The notes under the pieces are model-generated. The model worked only from the letters and a program-made list of their open reading frames with translations. It was not told the origin of the DNA and ran no database searches. DNA of 52,976 bases, the filler included, from Limisphaerales bacterium (GTDB lineage Bacteria; Verrucomicrobiota; Verrucomicrobiia; Limisphaerales; SIBE01), in NCBI GenBank assembly GCA_044225505.1. It is 4 parts of 4 records of this genome, joined end to end, with 100 filler letters (N's around TTAATTAATTAA, not from the genome) between each part and the next. Parts side by side here need not be neighbours in the genome. Positions count along the whole stretch, not along the records: positions 1 to 13,197 come from JBGAIN010000202.1; positions 13,298 to 26,575 come from JBGAIN010000203.1; 2 more parts are not named here. The stretch is one strand, 5' to 3'. Positions within the stretch are counted from its first letter, which is position 1; every line of letters starts with the position of its first letter. The position numbers and the translations under genes were made by a program. This document shows positions 10,701 through 20,342 of the stretch, one piece after another.

Positions 10701-12804
10701 GGCGTTGGACCCGAACCAGCCGCGTCATTACGAGATCGAGACGGTCTGGCAGAGCGCCCCCACAGCGACCGCTCTCAGGGAACTCGCGGTTCCTGCAGGG
10801 GTGGCCAAGGTTGGCCATACCTACCGGGCCCGAGCGCGCATGCAAGACAGTGCTGGTCGTTGGAGTCACTGGTCTGCGCCGCTGGAGTTCGTCGCGGGTG
10901 CGCCGGAGAATGCCGCTGCGCTCGTGGCCAATCTGCAGGTCACGGAGGTGATGTTTGATCCGGTCGGCGGCAACGACGCAGAGTTTATTGAAGTGTTCAA
11001 TGCGAGCCCGGAGGTGACCTTGGATCTGGCCGGTGCAAAATTCACTCAAGGCATTGATTACACCTTTCCCGCGGGAACGACCCTTCCGCCAGGTGAGTTT
11101 CTGCTCGTCGTGCGTTCATCGAGTGCCAACGATTTTGCATCGTTCCGAACTCGTTATGGACTCAACTCAACGGTGCGAGTGGTGGGGCCTTACACCGGCG
11201 CGCTGAACAACGAAGGAGAACAGATTATTCTCAAAACGGCTGGAGGCGGTTCTACGATTTTGGAACTCACCGTTGGCCATGGGGCGGGATGGCCTTTGGC
11301 CGCCGAAGGGGCAGGGCACTCTCTGGTGCCAGTGGAAGGAGCCGCGAGTCATCCGAATGACGGCAGCTTGAATTACCCAGGGAACTGGCGAGCTAGCGCT
11401 TTGATCAACGGTTCACCCGGCCGACCTGACCCGGTCTTGCCGGCAGGAATCGTCCTTAATGAGATCGTCGCTCACACCGATTTTACTGGGGAATTCGACT
11501 CCAACGATTGGATCGAACTCTATAATCCAGCGTCCACATCCTTCGACTTCGGAGCCGGTTGGTTTCTGAGCGATGATCCTTTGAATCTCAGGAAGTGGCC
11601 GATCCCAAGTCAAACCACCGTGACGGGACATGGCTGGATTGTTTTCGATGAAGTGAACGGGTTTCACACAACGCCAGCTGGGTTCGGACTTAGCAAGGAT
11701 GGCGAGCAGGTCTTGCTTTCGCATTTGCCTGGCAGCAGCGCCGATCGCGTGGTCGACGCGATTCGCTTCAAAGCCCAGGAGAATGATTGGTCGTTGGGCC
11801 GGTTCCCTGACGGAGTTGGGTATTGGGCGGCGTTAACTCCGAGAACGCCTTTGAAAGCAAACGCGCCGCCTCAAGGGCACGTCGTGATCGATGAAGTGAT
11901 GTTCCATCCGAAAGACATCGGCACCAACGCCGTCGACAACACTCAAGATGAATTCATTGAACTGTGGAATGCAACGGCTGTGCCCGTGAATTTGTTCAAC
12001 ACCAATGGCACCTGGAGGCTAAACGGCGGGGTCAGCTTTCTGATTCCAGGCGGGACGGTCTTACCTCCGGGAGAGGCGTTGCTCGTCGTGAACTTTAGCC
12101 CAACCAATACTGCCGCCGCCGCGGCATTTCGGACGGTTTACTCGGTTTCACCGAGTGTTCTCCTATTTGGCCCGTACCAGGGCAAGCTGAACAACAGCAG
12201 CGATTACATCGCGCTCGAAAAGCCGCAAGCCACGGACGCTACCAACTCCGGCCCGGCCTGGGTCGTCGTCGACGACGTGCTCTACTCGGACCGGTCTCCT
12301 TGGCCAGCCACGACCGACGGGACGGGCATGGCGATGCAACGTCTCGGGTTGTCCGCATCCGGCAATGATCCGGCCAATTGGGGCGCGGCACCGCCCAGCC
12401 CTGGACAAGCTCCGATCGTCGCTGGAGACAGCGATCACGATGGCTTGCCCGACGACTGGGAGCGCACGTATAACCTAAACCCAAACTCAGCCGCGGACGC
12501 GGAGTTGGACGCCGACAGCGACGGACTATCCAATCTCCAGGAATATCGCGCGGGAACGAATCCGCGCGACGCCAGCAGCACTTTGTCCTTGAATGCAAGT
12601 TTGAGCGGAGGAACAGCTGTCATTCGCTTTATCGCGATGCCTGGCCGCAGCTACGGCGTCTATTATAGGGACGCGCTGACACAAGGGAGTTGGCAATTGC
12701 TCAAGGATGTGACGGCCACTGGCGGTTCAGACTATCGTGAGGCGATCGATACTATTTCCCCGACGATCGGGCAGCGATACTATCGCGTGCAATTGCGTGA
12801 ATAG
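7726..12804 (+). CDS. Large secreted protein with lamin-tail domains and a CotH kinase domain
   Basis: Four VVINEI/EFIEL lamin-tail-like domains; CotH motifs ([36 protein letters not shown]); [12 protein letters not shown]a-binding repeats; C-terminal RYYRV domain; start uncertain. Confidence 0.9.
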   Translation: MFFLNFLLSRSLSESTFHRCPGRGRRRWRIACGCLAVWLWRLPDVAAAVVINEIHYAPDVKTETVEFVELHNPGTESVSLAGWTLSGGIQYAFGANTQIGPGGYTVVAQNPEAIRQKFGVTDALGPWTGRLSNQADSLQLRNGSGESIDTVDYQLGFPWPTVGDSPGYSIELIHPNLDNSLGGSWRPSVHGNAATQSRSLLPAGSQWRFFKGIAEPSSPVTAWRTPNFDDSSWTQATTPIGYGENFVTTVLNDMRNGYASVFLRKDFAIEDPTQISTLLLEAQYDDGIKIWINGVHLVNANIASEEVPFDGTASSAIENAEFVPFPVTGASAFLRQGRNVIAVQAHNSSLGSSSDFFFDLRVSVETGSASRGPTPGRRNSVYAEDAPPQIRQCAAEPEQPATHQPVKVSAKVTDPDGVKRVQLEYQIVEPGTYVELSDAAYQTNWIALPMQDLGIKPDNIPGDATYSVEIPGTVQENRRLIRYRITAEDRKGQQITVPFADDPSPNFAYFVYDGVPAWRGAIQPNSADAQRRSPQLFETNVMRRLPVYHLISKQSSVEHSTWLDRYGGDLYKWKGTLVYDGRVYDHIGFRARGGVWRYAMGKNMWKFDFNRGHDFEPRDNYGRKYPVPWTKLNLGACIQQGDFQHRGEQGMFESVGLRLFALAGIEAPETHFVQFRVVDAVTESDPNNQYEGDFWGLYLAIEQEDGRFLDTHQLPDGNFYKMESGTGELNNLGAAGPRDKSDLNNFLSGYRQGDATDVWWRTHFDLGRYYSYQAIVQGIHHYDICYGKNYFYFLNPETGLWSVHPWDLDLTWADNMFDAGCGGTDEFKDRVLTRPAFTIEFQNRVREIRDLLFNTDQAWQLIDEYAAMIDDPHGGPSMVDADRAQWDYNPVMANSAIVNSSKAGQGRFYQVVPSKDFPGMVAKMKSYVVTRGTFLDNLANDPAIPQQPSLTSASPASFPANRLLFRVSAYAGAASFAAMEWRLGEVTPANAPALDPNQPRHYEIETVWQSAPTATALRELAVPAGVAKVGHTYRARARMQDSAGRWSHWSAPLEFVAGAPENAAALVANLQVTEVMFDPVGGNDAEFIEVFNASPEVTLDLAGAKFTQGIDYTFPAGTTLPPGEFLLVVRSSSANDFASFRTRYGLNSTVRVVGPYTGALNNEGEQIILKTAGGGSTILELTVGHGAGWPLAAEGAGHSLVPVEGAASHPNDGSLNYPGNWRASALINGSPGRPDPVLPAGIVLNEIVAHTDFTGEFDSNDWIELYNPASTSFDFGAGWFLSDDPLNLRKWPIPSQTTVTGHGWIVFDEVNGFHTTPAGFGLSKDGEQVLLSHLPGSSADRVVDAIRFKAQENDWSLGRFPDGVGYWAALTPRTPLKANAPPQGHVVIDEVMFHPKDIGTNAVDNTQDEFIELWNATAVPVNLFNTNGTWRLNGGVSFLIPGGTVLPPGEALLVVNFSPTNTAAAAAFRTVYSVSPSVLLFGPYQGKLNNSSDYIALEKPQATDATNSGPAWVVVDDVLYSDRSPWPATTDGTGMAMQRLGLSASGNDPANWGAAPPSPGQAPIVAGDSDHDGLPDDWERTYNLNPNSAADAELDADSDGLSNLQEYRAGTNPRDASSTLSLNASLSGGTAVIRFIAMPGRSYGVYYRDALTQGSWQLLKDVTATGGSDYREAIDTISPTIGQRYYRVQLRE

Positions 12805-12818
12805 CCGACAAGAACATT

Positions 12819-13136
12819 ATGTTGATTGTCCAAGTGAATGTGCGAGTGAAGCCCGAATGCGTCGACGCATTTCGTGTGGCGACGACGGAGAACGCGCGGC
12901 AAAGCATTCAAGAATCTGGAATTGCCCGCTTTGATTTTTACCAGCAGCTCGAAGACCCAACTCGATTCTCACTAATCGAAGTTTACCGAGATGCGGACGC
13001 GCCCGCTCGGCACAAAGAGACCCGCCATTACCAAACATGGCGTGATACCGTTGCGCCGATGATGGCAGAGCCGCGCCTCAGCGTGCGGTTTGGGCCGGTT
13101 TTCCCACCACCATCGGAATGGCCGGCCAAGAGCTAA
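12819..13136 (+). CDS. Antibiotic biosynthesis monooxygenase family protein (LsrG-like)
   Basis: [15 protein letters not shown] and [10 protein letters not shown] motifs. Confidence 0.85.
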   Translation: MLIVQVNVRVKPECVDAFRVATTENARQSIQESGIARFDFYQQLEDPTRFSLIEVYRDADAPARHKETRHYQTWRDTVAPMMAEPRLSVRFGPVFPPPSEWPAKS

Positions 13137-13149
13137 AGGATGCCCGCTT

Positions 13150-13197
13150 ATGGAATTCGAGTTTGCAACAGCTAACAGGATTCTCTTCGGACCGGGC
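13150..13197 (+). CDS. Probable iron-containing alcohol dehydrogenase, first 16 codons (cut by contig end)
   Basis: MEFEFATANRILFGPG resembles Fe-ADH N-termini; very short. Confidence 0.55.
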
Positions 13198-13297
13198 NNN
13201 NNNNNNNNNNNNNNNNNNNNNNNNNNNNNNNNNNNNNNNNNTTAATTAATTAANNNNNNNNNNNNNNNNNNNNNNNNNNNNNNNNNNNNNNNNNNNN
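13198..13297. other. Artificial contig linker
   Basis: 44 N + TTAATTAATTAA (stops in all six frames) + 44 N. Confidence 0.99.
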
Positions 13298-13347
13298 ACA
13301 GATCGGAATTTCCTACACGCATTAGAATAAATTCCGCGAGCCGATTT

Positions 13348-13369
13348 GGGAACGCGGACTTTAGTCCGC
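13348..13369. repeat. REP-like palindrome
   Basis: GGGAAC-GCGGACT-TT-AGTCCGC; perfect 7-bp arms at 13354-13369, near a contig end. Confidence 0.5.
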
Positions 13370-13634
13370 TGGAGTGCGCGAGATTGTCAGAGTCAGAGAT
13401 GAAGATCGAAGTATTTTTGGTGGGAAAGGGGTCGACCATGGGGAAAGTGCGAGTGGAGTCCAGAGCAGCCATTTTCTCTGTGGTGAATCGAGTAAAAGCT
13501 ACGGATGGAAACTGTCCGTGCCATGGTCAGGCCACCGGGTCTGGAATAGTCAAAAGTGGTTTATCCCTGGATGATCCGTGGTTTTTGGAAAGCGGTGGCA
13601 AGGAACAAGCAGCAGCCGCTTCGCCGAGCTGTTC

Positions 13635-14393
13635 TTATCGGCGGCGCGTGCCTTCGGTGGAGTAAGGCATCACTCGCGGTTTGCGTGTCAATTCCCGAAC
13701 CATTTGCTCTGTGTTGTTGTAGGGACTAAAGGTCGAAGGGAGCAAGAAGCGCGTGGGATCCAAGCGATCGGGATTGATATCGAAAAGTTCGAGAGTCGCT
13801 TTGGGGGAATCGGCCACAATCTTGGTGGCAATGCCCGTTTCATCCCGCCAGACCTTGAACTCTGCGAAGCCCGAAGGCAGGGTCGCGACGCCCACTATTT
13901 CACCGGCACTGCCTGTTGCCGCACTCACCGGCGCAAGGTTCGAACCTTGATTCGGGCGAAGTTGGTGACGACTAGTGCCAACAATCTTGGTATAACCTCG
14001 CAACGCCTCGCTGATGACGTATCCAGTATTGGATTCGACGTTCCAGAGGTAGCGGAAACTGATCGACAGCGGCGATGCGACGCCCCGCGTCGGGACAAAG
14101 ATCAACCAGCCTTCCTGCTGAAACAGACTTCCCGTGGCGGGTCCGCGGTCATCGGTGATGACCAGCCGTGCCGAGTAGTCCGTGGTGTTGGTAAGCAAAA
14201 CACTGACCGGGCCAATCAGGAAGAAGGGCAGGGCGGGTGGAGAGGCCGGCGCCGATTCAACCTGGGGATCCGCAGCCTGGTGAGCGTGACGCGGCTCATG
14301 CGCGCAACCCGCGCTGAGAACAGCAATGGCCGCGCTCAAGCTCAGTGCGACGACCCATCCGAATCCTTGAATATGGCGAGTTCCAGTTTTCAC
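13635..14393 (-). CDS. Hypothetical lipoprotein
   Basis: Hydrophobic signal ending in LSAGC; 252-aa ORF divergent from the gene at 14526. Confidence 0.65.
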   Translation of the reverse strand: MKTGTRHIQGFGWVVALSLSAAIAVLSAGCAHEPRHAHQAADPQVESAPASPPALPFFLIGPVSVLLTNTTDYSARLVITDDRGPATGSLFQQEGWLIFVPTRGVASPLSISFRYLWNVESNTGYVISEALRGYTKIVGTSRHQLRPNQGSNLAPVSAATGSAGEIVGVATLPSGFAEFKVWRDETGIATKIVADSPKATLELFDINPDRLDPTRFLLPSTFSPYNNTEQMVRELTRKPRVMPYSTEGTRRR

Positions 14394-14490
14394 AGTGATG
14401 CACGCGATGATAGCAGCGCCAGGATCATTTCAAAGGGCCATGTCTTTTGTCAGGAGAATTCGCCGAACGCATCCCGGAACTTGCCGGCGC

Positions 14491-14519
14491 TTGACGCGGT
14501 CTTTCCGGGCGGGAACCAT
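14491..14519 (+). promoter_or_regulatory. Putative sigma70 promoter, possibly giving a leaderless transcript
   Basis: TTGACG-N17-AACCAT, then 6 nt, then ATG 14526. Confidence 0.5.
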
Positions 14520-14525
14520 GCCGTC

Positions 14526-16376
14526 ATGTTTCGCCTCCGCTGGGTCGCCTGGATCTGGGCCGCTTTATTTTCAGCGGTCGCCCCTCTCAACGTCGGCGCG
14601 GCTGGTTATCCGACGTATGACGAGTTGAGCGCCGGGGCGGTCAAGGTTCGATTGCTGCCAGGCCACCGCGAATTTGCGTTCTCACTCTATGGCATTCCAG
14701 GGGATCGCAACCAGGTGACGCAGTTGGTTCAAGTCTTGACGGACCGGCACTTGGGCAATGCGTTTGATCCCGGGCCCGCCGCTCGGCCCGGGGCGAAGCC
14801 GATTTTTGACTATCTCGCGACGGTAGGCTGGCCTTTGGTCGCTTATCCAGGGTGCGCGGATATGCAGATTAAAGGAGGACGCTGCGTGCTGGGAGACGAG
14901 GATCGAGCGGCACTTGCGGCGTTGGAGCGAGCCGGAGTCTTCCACGGCATTCAATTGGGAGAGTGGGGTTATTACTTTCACAATCTATCGTGCACTGAGC
15001 GATGGTGGCGGGATGTTTACGGCGCGGAGTTTGAGAGCATGAAGCACCTGATGAAGCCGCCTGGCCTGGCCGGATATGACCGACGGCCCTCGACTCGGCG
15101 GGAGTGTTACGAAACGCTCAAAGATTATTTTGTCAGCCGCAGTCACGATCTGCTCGACCGCGTGGTGAGCGTCACTGGGCATTCCCATTATGAAGCGTAT
15201 GCCGCGGAATGGGGAGCGCGATGCGTGGGGCTCGAACTCGGCGAGAATATTGCGTTTACCCAGTCGAAGTTGGCTTTTGCCCGCGGCGCTTCCCGGCAGT
15301 GGAACGCGCCGTGGTCGGTCCAGGTCAGTCCGTGGTTTCACGGTGCATGCACCACAAGCGGGCCGCTGCGTCGTGAAGGGCGAGACGCCAGAGGTTTGGA
15401 CGCCGGACATTCCTTGAGCTTCTACGAACGGATGTGGCTGCACGCCTGGTTCGCCGGCGCCGCCATGGTTACGCCGGAGAACAGCTTGGCCATCTTTTTC
15501 GAAACACCTGTTGCGCCCTGGACATTGACGTCGCACGGCGAAAAGGCGGCGGAAGTCTTTGCCTTCATGCGAACCCACGCTCGCGGGATTCCCTGGATGC
15601 CCGTCGCCGTTCTGCTGGATCATTACGCTGGATACAATGGATACATGGACAAACCTTGGGGCATTCTGGAACCGACCCCAGGCGATCGTGAACTGCGCGA
15701 CTTGTTTGACGACCAGTTGTTTCCCGGCAGCGATCACATTCATCATCGACGCAACGCCGACAATCCTGAGAGCAGTTATCTTCGTCCCACGCCTTACGGC
15801 GAGATCTTCGACGTCCTGCTGACGAGCGTCGGGCCGGGGGTTCTACCCAGTTATCCGGCCATCTTGCTGGCGGGCGATATTGAATTTACGGAAGCGCTCG
15901 TCGAGCGGTTGACCGAGGCGTTGCGTCGCGGCAGCACCGTAATGTTAAACCCACGTCACCAACAAGCGCTGGGCGACCGCTACGAAGCTTTCGCTCAACT
16001 CGGACACGTCGAAGTCCTTGAGCCTGCCACGGACCCCACGACGCAACGGGGGGTGGCAATTTCCAACCAACGCCTGAAAAAGCTCGTCCGCGATCTTGTT
16101 CCCATAGAAGTGACAGGCGATCCGATCCAGTATCAGATCAATCGCTTGCCCAACGGCTGGGCGATTGAACTCGTCAACAATGACGGAGTGGCGAAAAAGC
16201 CGAGTGAGCCAGCGGTCGTCGACGCGCGGGGTGCCAAGCACATTTTCCTCGCCCCGCGAGTGGCTTGGGACCACGCCTGGGAATGGCACTCGGGCCGTAT
16301 GCACCGGAATCCAGTGAAGATCGACCTGGTCATTCCTCCGGGCCAGACCCGCTTTGTGCAGTTCGAAGAACCGTGA
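14526..16376 (+). CDS. Secreted hypothetical protein, possibly glycoside hydrolase-like
   Basis: Signal peptide MFRLRWVAWIWAALFSAVAPLNVGAA; Trp/Tyr-rich core (QLGEWGYY, FARGASRQW, PVAVLLD); the ORF extension back to 13578 overlaps another gene. Confidence 0.75.
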   Translation: MFRLRWVAWIWAALFSAVAPLNVGAAGYPTYDELSAGAVKVRLLPGHREFAFSLYGIPGDRNQVTQLVQVLTDRHLGNAFDPGPAARPGAKPIFDYLATVGWPLVAYPGCADMQIKGGRCVLGDEDRAALAALERAGVFHGIQLGEWGYYFHNLSCTERWWRDVYGAEFESMKHLMKPPGLAGYDRRPSTRRECYETLKDYFVSRSHDLLDRVVSVTGHSHYEAYAAEWGARCVGLELGENIAFTQSKLAFARGASRQWNAPWSVQVSPWFHGACTTSGPLRREGRDARGLDAGHSLSFYERMWLHAWFAGAAMVTPENSLAIFFETPVAPWTLTSHGEKAAEVFAFMRTHARGIPWMPVAVLLDHYAGYNGYMDKPWGILEPTPGDRELRDLFDDQLFPGSDHIHHRRNADNPESSYLRPTPYGEIFDVLLTSVGPGVLPSYPAILLAGDIEFTEALVERLTEALRRGSTVMLNPRHQQALGDRYEAFAQLGHVEVLEPATDPTTQRGVAISNQRLKKLVRDLVPIEVTGDPIQYQINRLPNGWAIELVNNDGVAKKPSEPAVVDARGAKHIFLAPRVAWDHAWEWHSGRMHRNPVKIDLVIPPGQTRFVQFEEP

Positions 16377-16391
16377 GGCAGTTGCTCTCGA

Positions 16392-16886
16392 ATGAATGAA
16401 GAATTAAACTCTGCCGCGACCCACGCGAGACCCATTTCTAAGAGGAATTGGCAGCTCTGGAAACTAGACCGACGCGGCGCCCTTTGGAGTCTGCTGAGCG
16501 CCGCCGCGGCGATGCTCGGCTGTCGCGGGCCTCACGAGCGCAGGAGGGGTGCAAATCGCCGGCAAGAACCATATGGTCCGGCCGACAGCAGCACCGATGC
16601 CGTTGACAAACTTCTGGATCGAGACCTCAAGGCATTGACGGGGCGCCCCTATTCCGAAGAGGGCATTCCAGTGTTCTTGGTGTGCGAAGACCTCACTCCG
16701 GGCGGGCGCTCGAGCCGCGTGCTCCCGGGCCCGGCGCAGGACGATCGTTTGCGTTTACAATTCCGGACGAATGCTGCGGCCTGGCCGAGGATTCGACCGG
16801 AAGCCACGGCTGACGACCTCGGCAAACTCATCGAGATCGTCGCCGAGCGTGATTTCGGGAACATGCAACGAAGAAACAAGCGATGA
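16392..16886 (+). CDS. Hypothetical protein with Tat-like/lipoprotein-like N-terminus
   Basis: DRRGALWSLLSAAAAMLGC; ATGA overlap with the next gene. Confidence 0.6.
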   Translation: MNEELNSAATHARPISKRNWQLWKLDRRGALWSLLSAAAAMLGCRGPHERRRGANRRQEPYGPADSSTDAVDKLLDRDLKALTGRPYSEEGIPVFLVCEDLTPGGRSSRVLPGPAQDDRLRLQFRTNAAAWPRIRPEATADDLGKLIEIVAERDFGNMQRRNKR

Positions 16887-17575
16887 CCGGTTCGCTCGAT
16901 TTTCAAAAAGCGGCCAGTGCGTTTGATCAGCGGATGAGCCGAAGCCCGTTGATCCGGGCTGTCAATTTCCATAACACGTCCCGCGCCCGACGCAGGGAGT
17001 ATCGCGATCAGCTTCAAGAGCTGAGTCGCGCTTTTTCTCCGGTCTCCGAACAAGACTTGGACTGGTATTTGGCAACCGGTGAATGGCGTAAATCGAAGCC
17101 CGGAGTCATTATCGCGGTGTATGAAGGCTATCGTAATGGATATGACGTCCTCCGACCGTTGCTGGAGGAATTCGGGTTGATCGGCTGGTTTTTTATTATT
17201 ACCGGCTTTGTGACCAGCCCGGTGTTGGATCAGCTCGCCTATGCCAACTCCCACGAGATCGATATGCTCACTCAGGAATACCCAGACGGGCGCTATGCGC
17301 TGTCCTGGTCGGAAATCCGAGAACTCGATCAGCGCCATGTGGTGGCCTGTCATGCTCACAGTCACGTCCTGCTCTCATCATTGACTCCAGCCGCCCGCGA
17401 ACTCGAAGTGATCGGGTCTCAGAACGAGTTCGAAAAGCAATTGGGCCATCCGGTGCGGTCTTTCGTCTCGTATGGCGGGCCTCCGTATGGCGAAGACGCG
17501 ATGACCGACGGGCTGATCGATCGCGCTGGATACCGCTTTGTTTTTTCCAACTATCGAATCCAGCGAATTCGGTAG
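16883..17575 (+). CDS. Polysaccharide deacetylase family protein (divergent)
   Basis: FFIITG, LSWSEIREL, HAHSH, S-Y-G-G, AGYR; the usual TFDDG motif reads AVYEG. Confidence 0.8.
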   Translation: MTGSLDFQKAASAFDQRMSRSPLIRAVNFHNTSRARRREYRDQLQELSRAFSPVSEQDLDWYLATGEWRKSKPGVIIAVYEGYRNGYDVLRPLLEEFGLIGWFFIITGFVTSPVLDQLAYANSHEIDMLTQEYPDGRYALSWSEIRELDQRHVVACHAHSHVLLSSLTPAARELEVIGSQNEFEKQLGHPVRSFVSYGGPPYGEDAMTDGLIDRAGYRFVFSNYRIQRIR

Positions 17576-17682
17576 AAAGATCGTAGGATCCGGGCGGACG
17601 CGGTTTCCGAACGGGCCTCTCGGATCGCTGCGAACTCCCACTCGACGGACCGCACCGATCCCTCGGAACGTGCCTCACCGGT

Positions 17683-18888
17683 TCAACGCAACTTCATTCG
17701 GAGACTTTGCCACTTTTCCAAGTGATCTGGAACTCCGGCCGCCGCGAGGTAGGCTCGATCAAATCCGAGGCTCGGGTTCGCGGACTCGGGCTTTTCGTGG
17801 ATGAGCAGATTAGCGGCGTGGACCGCGAGGAGCGGACTCATCGCGGGAGTGCCGGACTGCATGGGCGCGTGATGAAACGCGACCGCTTCGACAATCGGTG
17901 CGGGAAGTCCCCAGAGGCCCAGCAGATAAGCGCCGATGCCCGTGTGACTTGCTCCGAAGATCTCCATTTCAACGTCGACCGATGGCCGGCTGCCTTCGGC
18001 GCAAGCGGCCAAAACGCGCTGCCAGTCCTGAGGGAACGATTGAGCCAGAATTAGCTTCCCGATGTCGTGCAGCAAGCCGGCGGTATACCCTGCTTCCGCC
18101 ATCTCGGATTCGGCTCCTTCGGCGTCGAGGATGAGGCGGGCGAGGGAAGCGGTTTGAAAGGCATGGTCCCACAATGCCTGGATGGAACTTCCCTTGACGG
18201 TGGCTTGGTCGAACGACGAGAAGATATGCGTCGAGAGGACCAGGGAATTGACGCGGGCAACTCCCAAGAACTGGATCGCTTCGAGCGGGCTGGAGATGCG
18301 CCGCGCCTGGCCGAACGCGGCGGAATTGACGATCTGGAGCAGCTTTGCGGTCATGCTGGGGTCTTTGGCGACAATCGCAGCGAGGGCTTCGAGAGAGGAG
18401 TCCTCACGATTGATCTCGGTCATCATTTCCAGGTAGAGCGACGGGACGCTCGGCAGGCTCTTGACCTGCGCGACGATGGCCTGCAATCGAGGGTCTTCCA
18501 GGAAAACGCCGAGCTGGCAAACCCGTGCTAGGGTCGCTCTAAAGCTTTTTAGGTTAAACGGCTTGGGCAGGAACTGATGAGTGAGTCCGAGGCAACGCGC
18601 TACTTCCTGCTGATCTTGCATGCCGGACACCATCATCCGCGCGACGGCGGGGTGGCGTTCGCTGACTTCGCGCATAAGTTGGATTCCATCCATTGCTGGC
18701 ATGCGGAAATCGGAGACCAACACGTCAAAAGTTTTTGAAGCGAGCAGGCCGAGGACTTTTCTGGGGTCGTCGATGGTATGGGTTTCCCAAGCCTCTTTTT
18801 CACGCTCCATGATTGCGCAGTAGAACTGCAACAACATCGGGTCGTCATCGACAAACAATATTCGCCGCTTTGCTGACCGCTCTGCCAT
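17683..18888 (-). CDS. Response regulator with HDOD domain
   Basis: REC domain (ILFVDDD, VLVSDFRMP, KP) plus HDOD (LPSVP, KLLQIVNSAAF, AGLLHDIGK, H..IGAYLLGLWGLP, FHH). Confidence 0.92.
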   Translation of the reverse strand: MAERSAKRRILFVDDDPMLLQFYCAIMEREKEAWETHTIDDPRKVLGLLASKTFDVLVSDFRMPAMDGIQLMREVSERHPAVARMMVSGMQDQQEVARCLGLTHQFLPKPFNLKSFRATLARVCQLGVFLEDPRLQAIVAQVKSLPSVPSLYLEMMTEINREDSSLEALAAIVAKDPSMTAKLLQIVNSAAFGQARRISSPLEAIQFLGVARVNSLVLSTHIFSSFDQATVKGSSIQALWDHAFQTASLARLILDAEGAESEMAEAGYTAGLLHDIGKLILAQSFPQDWQRVLAACAEGSRPSVDVEMEIFGASHTGIGAYLLGLWGLPAPIVEAVAFHHAPMQSGTPAMSPLLAVHAANLLIHEKPESANPSLGFDRAYLAAAGVPDHLEKWQSLRMKLR

Positions 18889-19346
18889 GCGCGCTATCGT
18901 GTCGTGGTCAGTGGACGGACGCCAGCAGAATTCAGCCGCCGTTCGTGCCCGGAGGCCACCGAGAATTCGTGGTCGTGCTTGCATCCGCGTGACAGAGTTG
19001 AACGAATAAATCCCCAGCGCGGTGACGATGATCCAACGGCCGTCCATTCTCTGCCGTATTCGGAACCTTCGGTTGCGACGTGCTCGGCGGAAGGATGCAT
19101 GGGCCTGCTTTTCCTCGGTAGTTGATTTAGGACAACTACGCCTCAAAATGTGCCAATTTCAGGCGGCAGCTTTGAAGCTAGAAACGCCGCTTGGGGCTTG
19201 TGGATCGCGGCAGACTCTATCGAGTCCAGTAGGTTGCGTTTATGGCCGACCTCATCGCAGCCACGAGTTTGGAATAGGCAAGTCGAACCGTCGGGGGAGG
19301 GAAGAGTGAGGGCGGGGGATGGGCGACGACGGCGCGTCGAGCGGCC

Positions 19347-19363
19347 TTGGCCCGACATTTGCT
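19347..19363 (+). promoter_or_regulatory. Putative sigma54 (-24/-12) promoter
   Basis: TTGGCCCGACATTTGCT with GG-N10-GC spacing, oriented toward cheX. Confidence 0.5.
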
Positions 19364-19793
19364 CCCGCCACTTGCTGGGAATCGGCGACGACGCCGGTCG
19401 GCCTTTCGGATCCGGTGAAAGCCTGGAATTACCCCGACGGCGGGCAGTGCAGGATATAAAGCACTGCGCATGTCGCCCGCAACGGGTTGAGAGCGTTTTC
19501 GAATTAAACGTGCAGCTTTGAACGACAATGGCATACGCGAGAAACAGAACGGAAAGGATGCCTTTTAGGAAACTGGTAAATCACCGGCTGACGCTCTGCC
19601 ATTGCGGTTAGAAACTTCTTTCCTGTGAATCGAACCAACCTCCATCGACGCGACTTGCCAAGAACCCGACGAGGAGGATTTTGCCGGGCCGAATCTGCCT
19701 GGCGACTTTGCGCAGGATTAACAACCCAGCGATATCCGATCGGTTCCAGCTTCGTGGAAGGCGCGGCTGAGCCGTGGCGGTAATGCTCTTCAA

Positions 19794-20291
19794 ATGACGA
19801 TGACAACCACGACCCCCCACATTATCGAAGACGTAAGCGATTTGCTGAACCGCGGTGTCAGTCACGTCTTCAGCACGATGGTTTCGTTAGAAGTCGAACC
19901 GACGCCATCCCACCGCTTGGAATCGCCAAACGAAACGATCGTGGCGGGCTCTGTTGGGTTTATTGGCGACGTCAACGGTATCGTTTATCTCCGAGTGACC
20001 ACTGGATTTGCCCAGACGTTAGCGAAAAGGATGTTGGGCTTCGGCGACGATGAGCTGGTCGCCGATGAGATGGTGAATGATGTCATCGGGGAGCTAAACA
20101 ATATGATTGTCGGTTTTGTCAAATCGCGCCTTTGCGACTCGGGATCGTCGTGTGTGCTGACGATTCCATCGATCGTGCGCGGGCAAAACTTTAGCGTTGA
20201 GCCGGTCAGTTCTTCCGAGCGCCGCGTGCTCGGGTTCCACAGCGGAGCGAATTATATCTTGATCGAACTGCTAATCAAAAACCATCGCTAA
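19794..20291 (+). CDS. cheX: Chemotaxis phosphatase CheX
   Basis: GSVGFIGDVNG, DVIGELNNMIVG (E-x-x-N), LTIPSIVRG. Confidence 0.9.
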   Translation: MTMTTTTPHIIEDVSDLLNRGVSHVFSTMVSLEVEPTPSHRLESPNETIVAGSVGFIGDVNGIVYLRVTTGFAQTLAKRMLGFGDDELVADEMVNDVIGELNNMIVGFVKSRLCDSGSSCVLTIPSIVRGQNFSVEPVSSSERRVLGFHSGANYILIELLIKNHR

Positions 20292-20342
20292 CCGTGTGAT
20301 TCGAGTGACATCGCTTCGTGGACCGCTTTTTGAGAACGCATT

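Noticed and set aside
13198..13297. TTAATTAATTAA motif within N runs, present three times at roughly 13-kb spacing
   Set aside because: Artificial concatenation linker. Gene adjacency across linkers (for example the DUF1553 gene next to rtcR) has no biological meaning.
13578..14525. N-terminal 316 aa of the 932-aa ORF
   Set aside because: Antisense shadow of the lipoprotein gene; the signal peptide and promoter point to ATG 14526.
19380..19480. Possible c-di-GMP riboswitch upstream of the motility genes
   Set aside because: A GAAA and a hairpin are present, but the conserved class I core was not recognisable.
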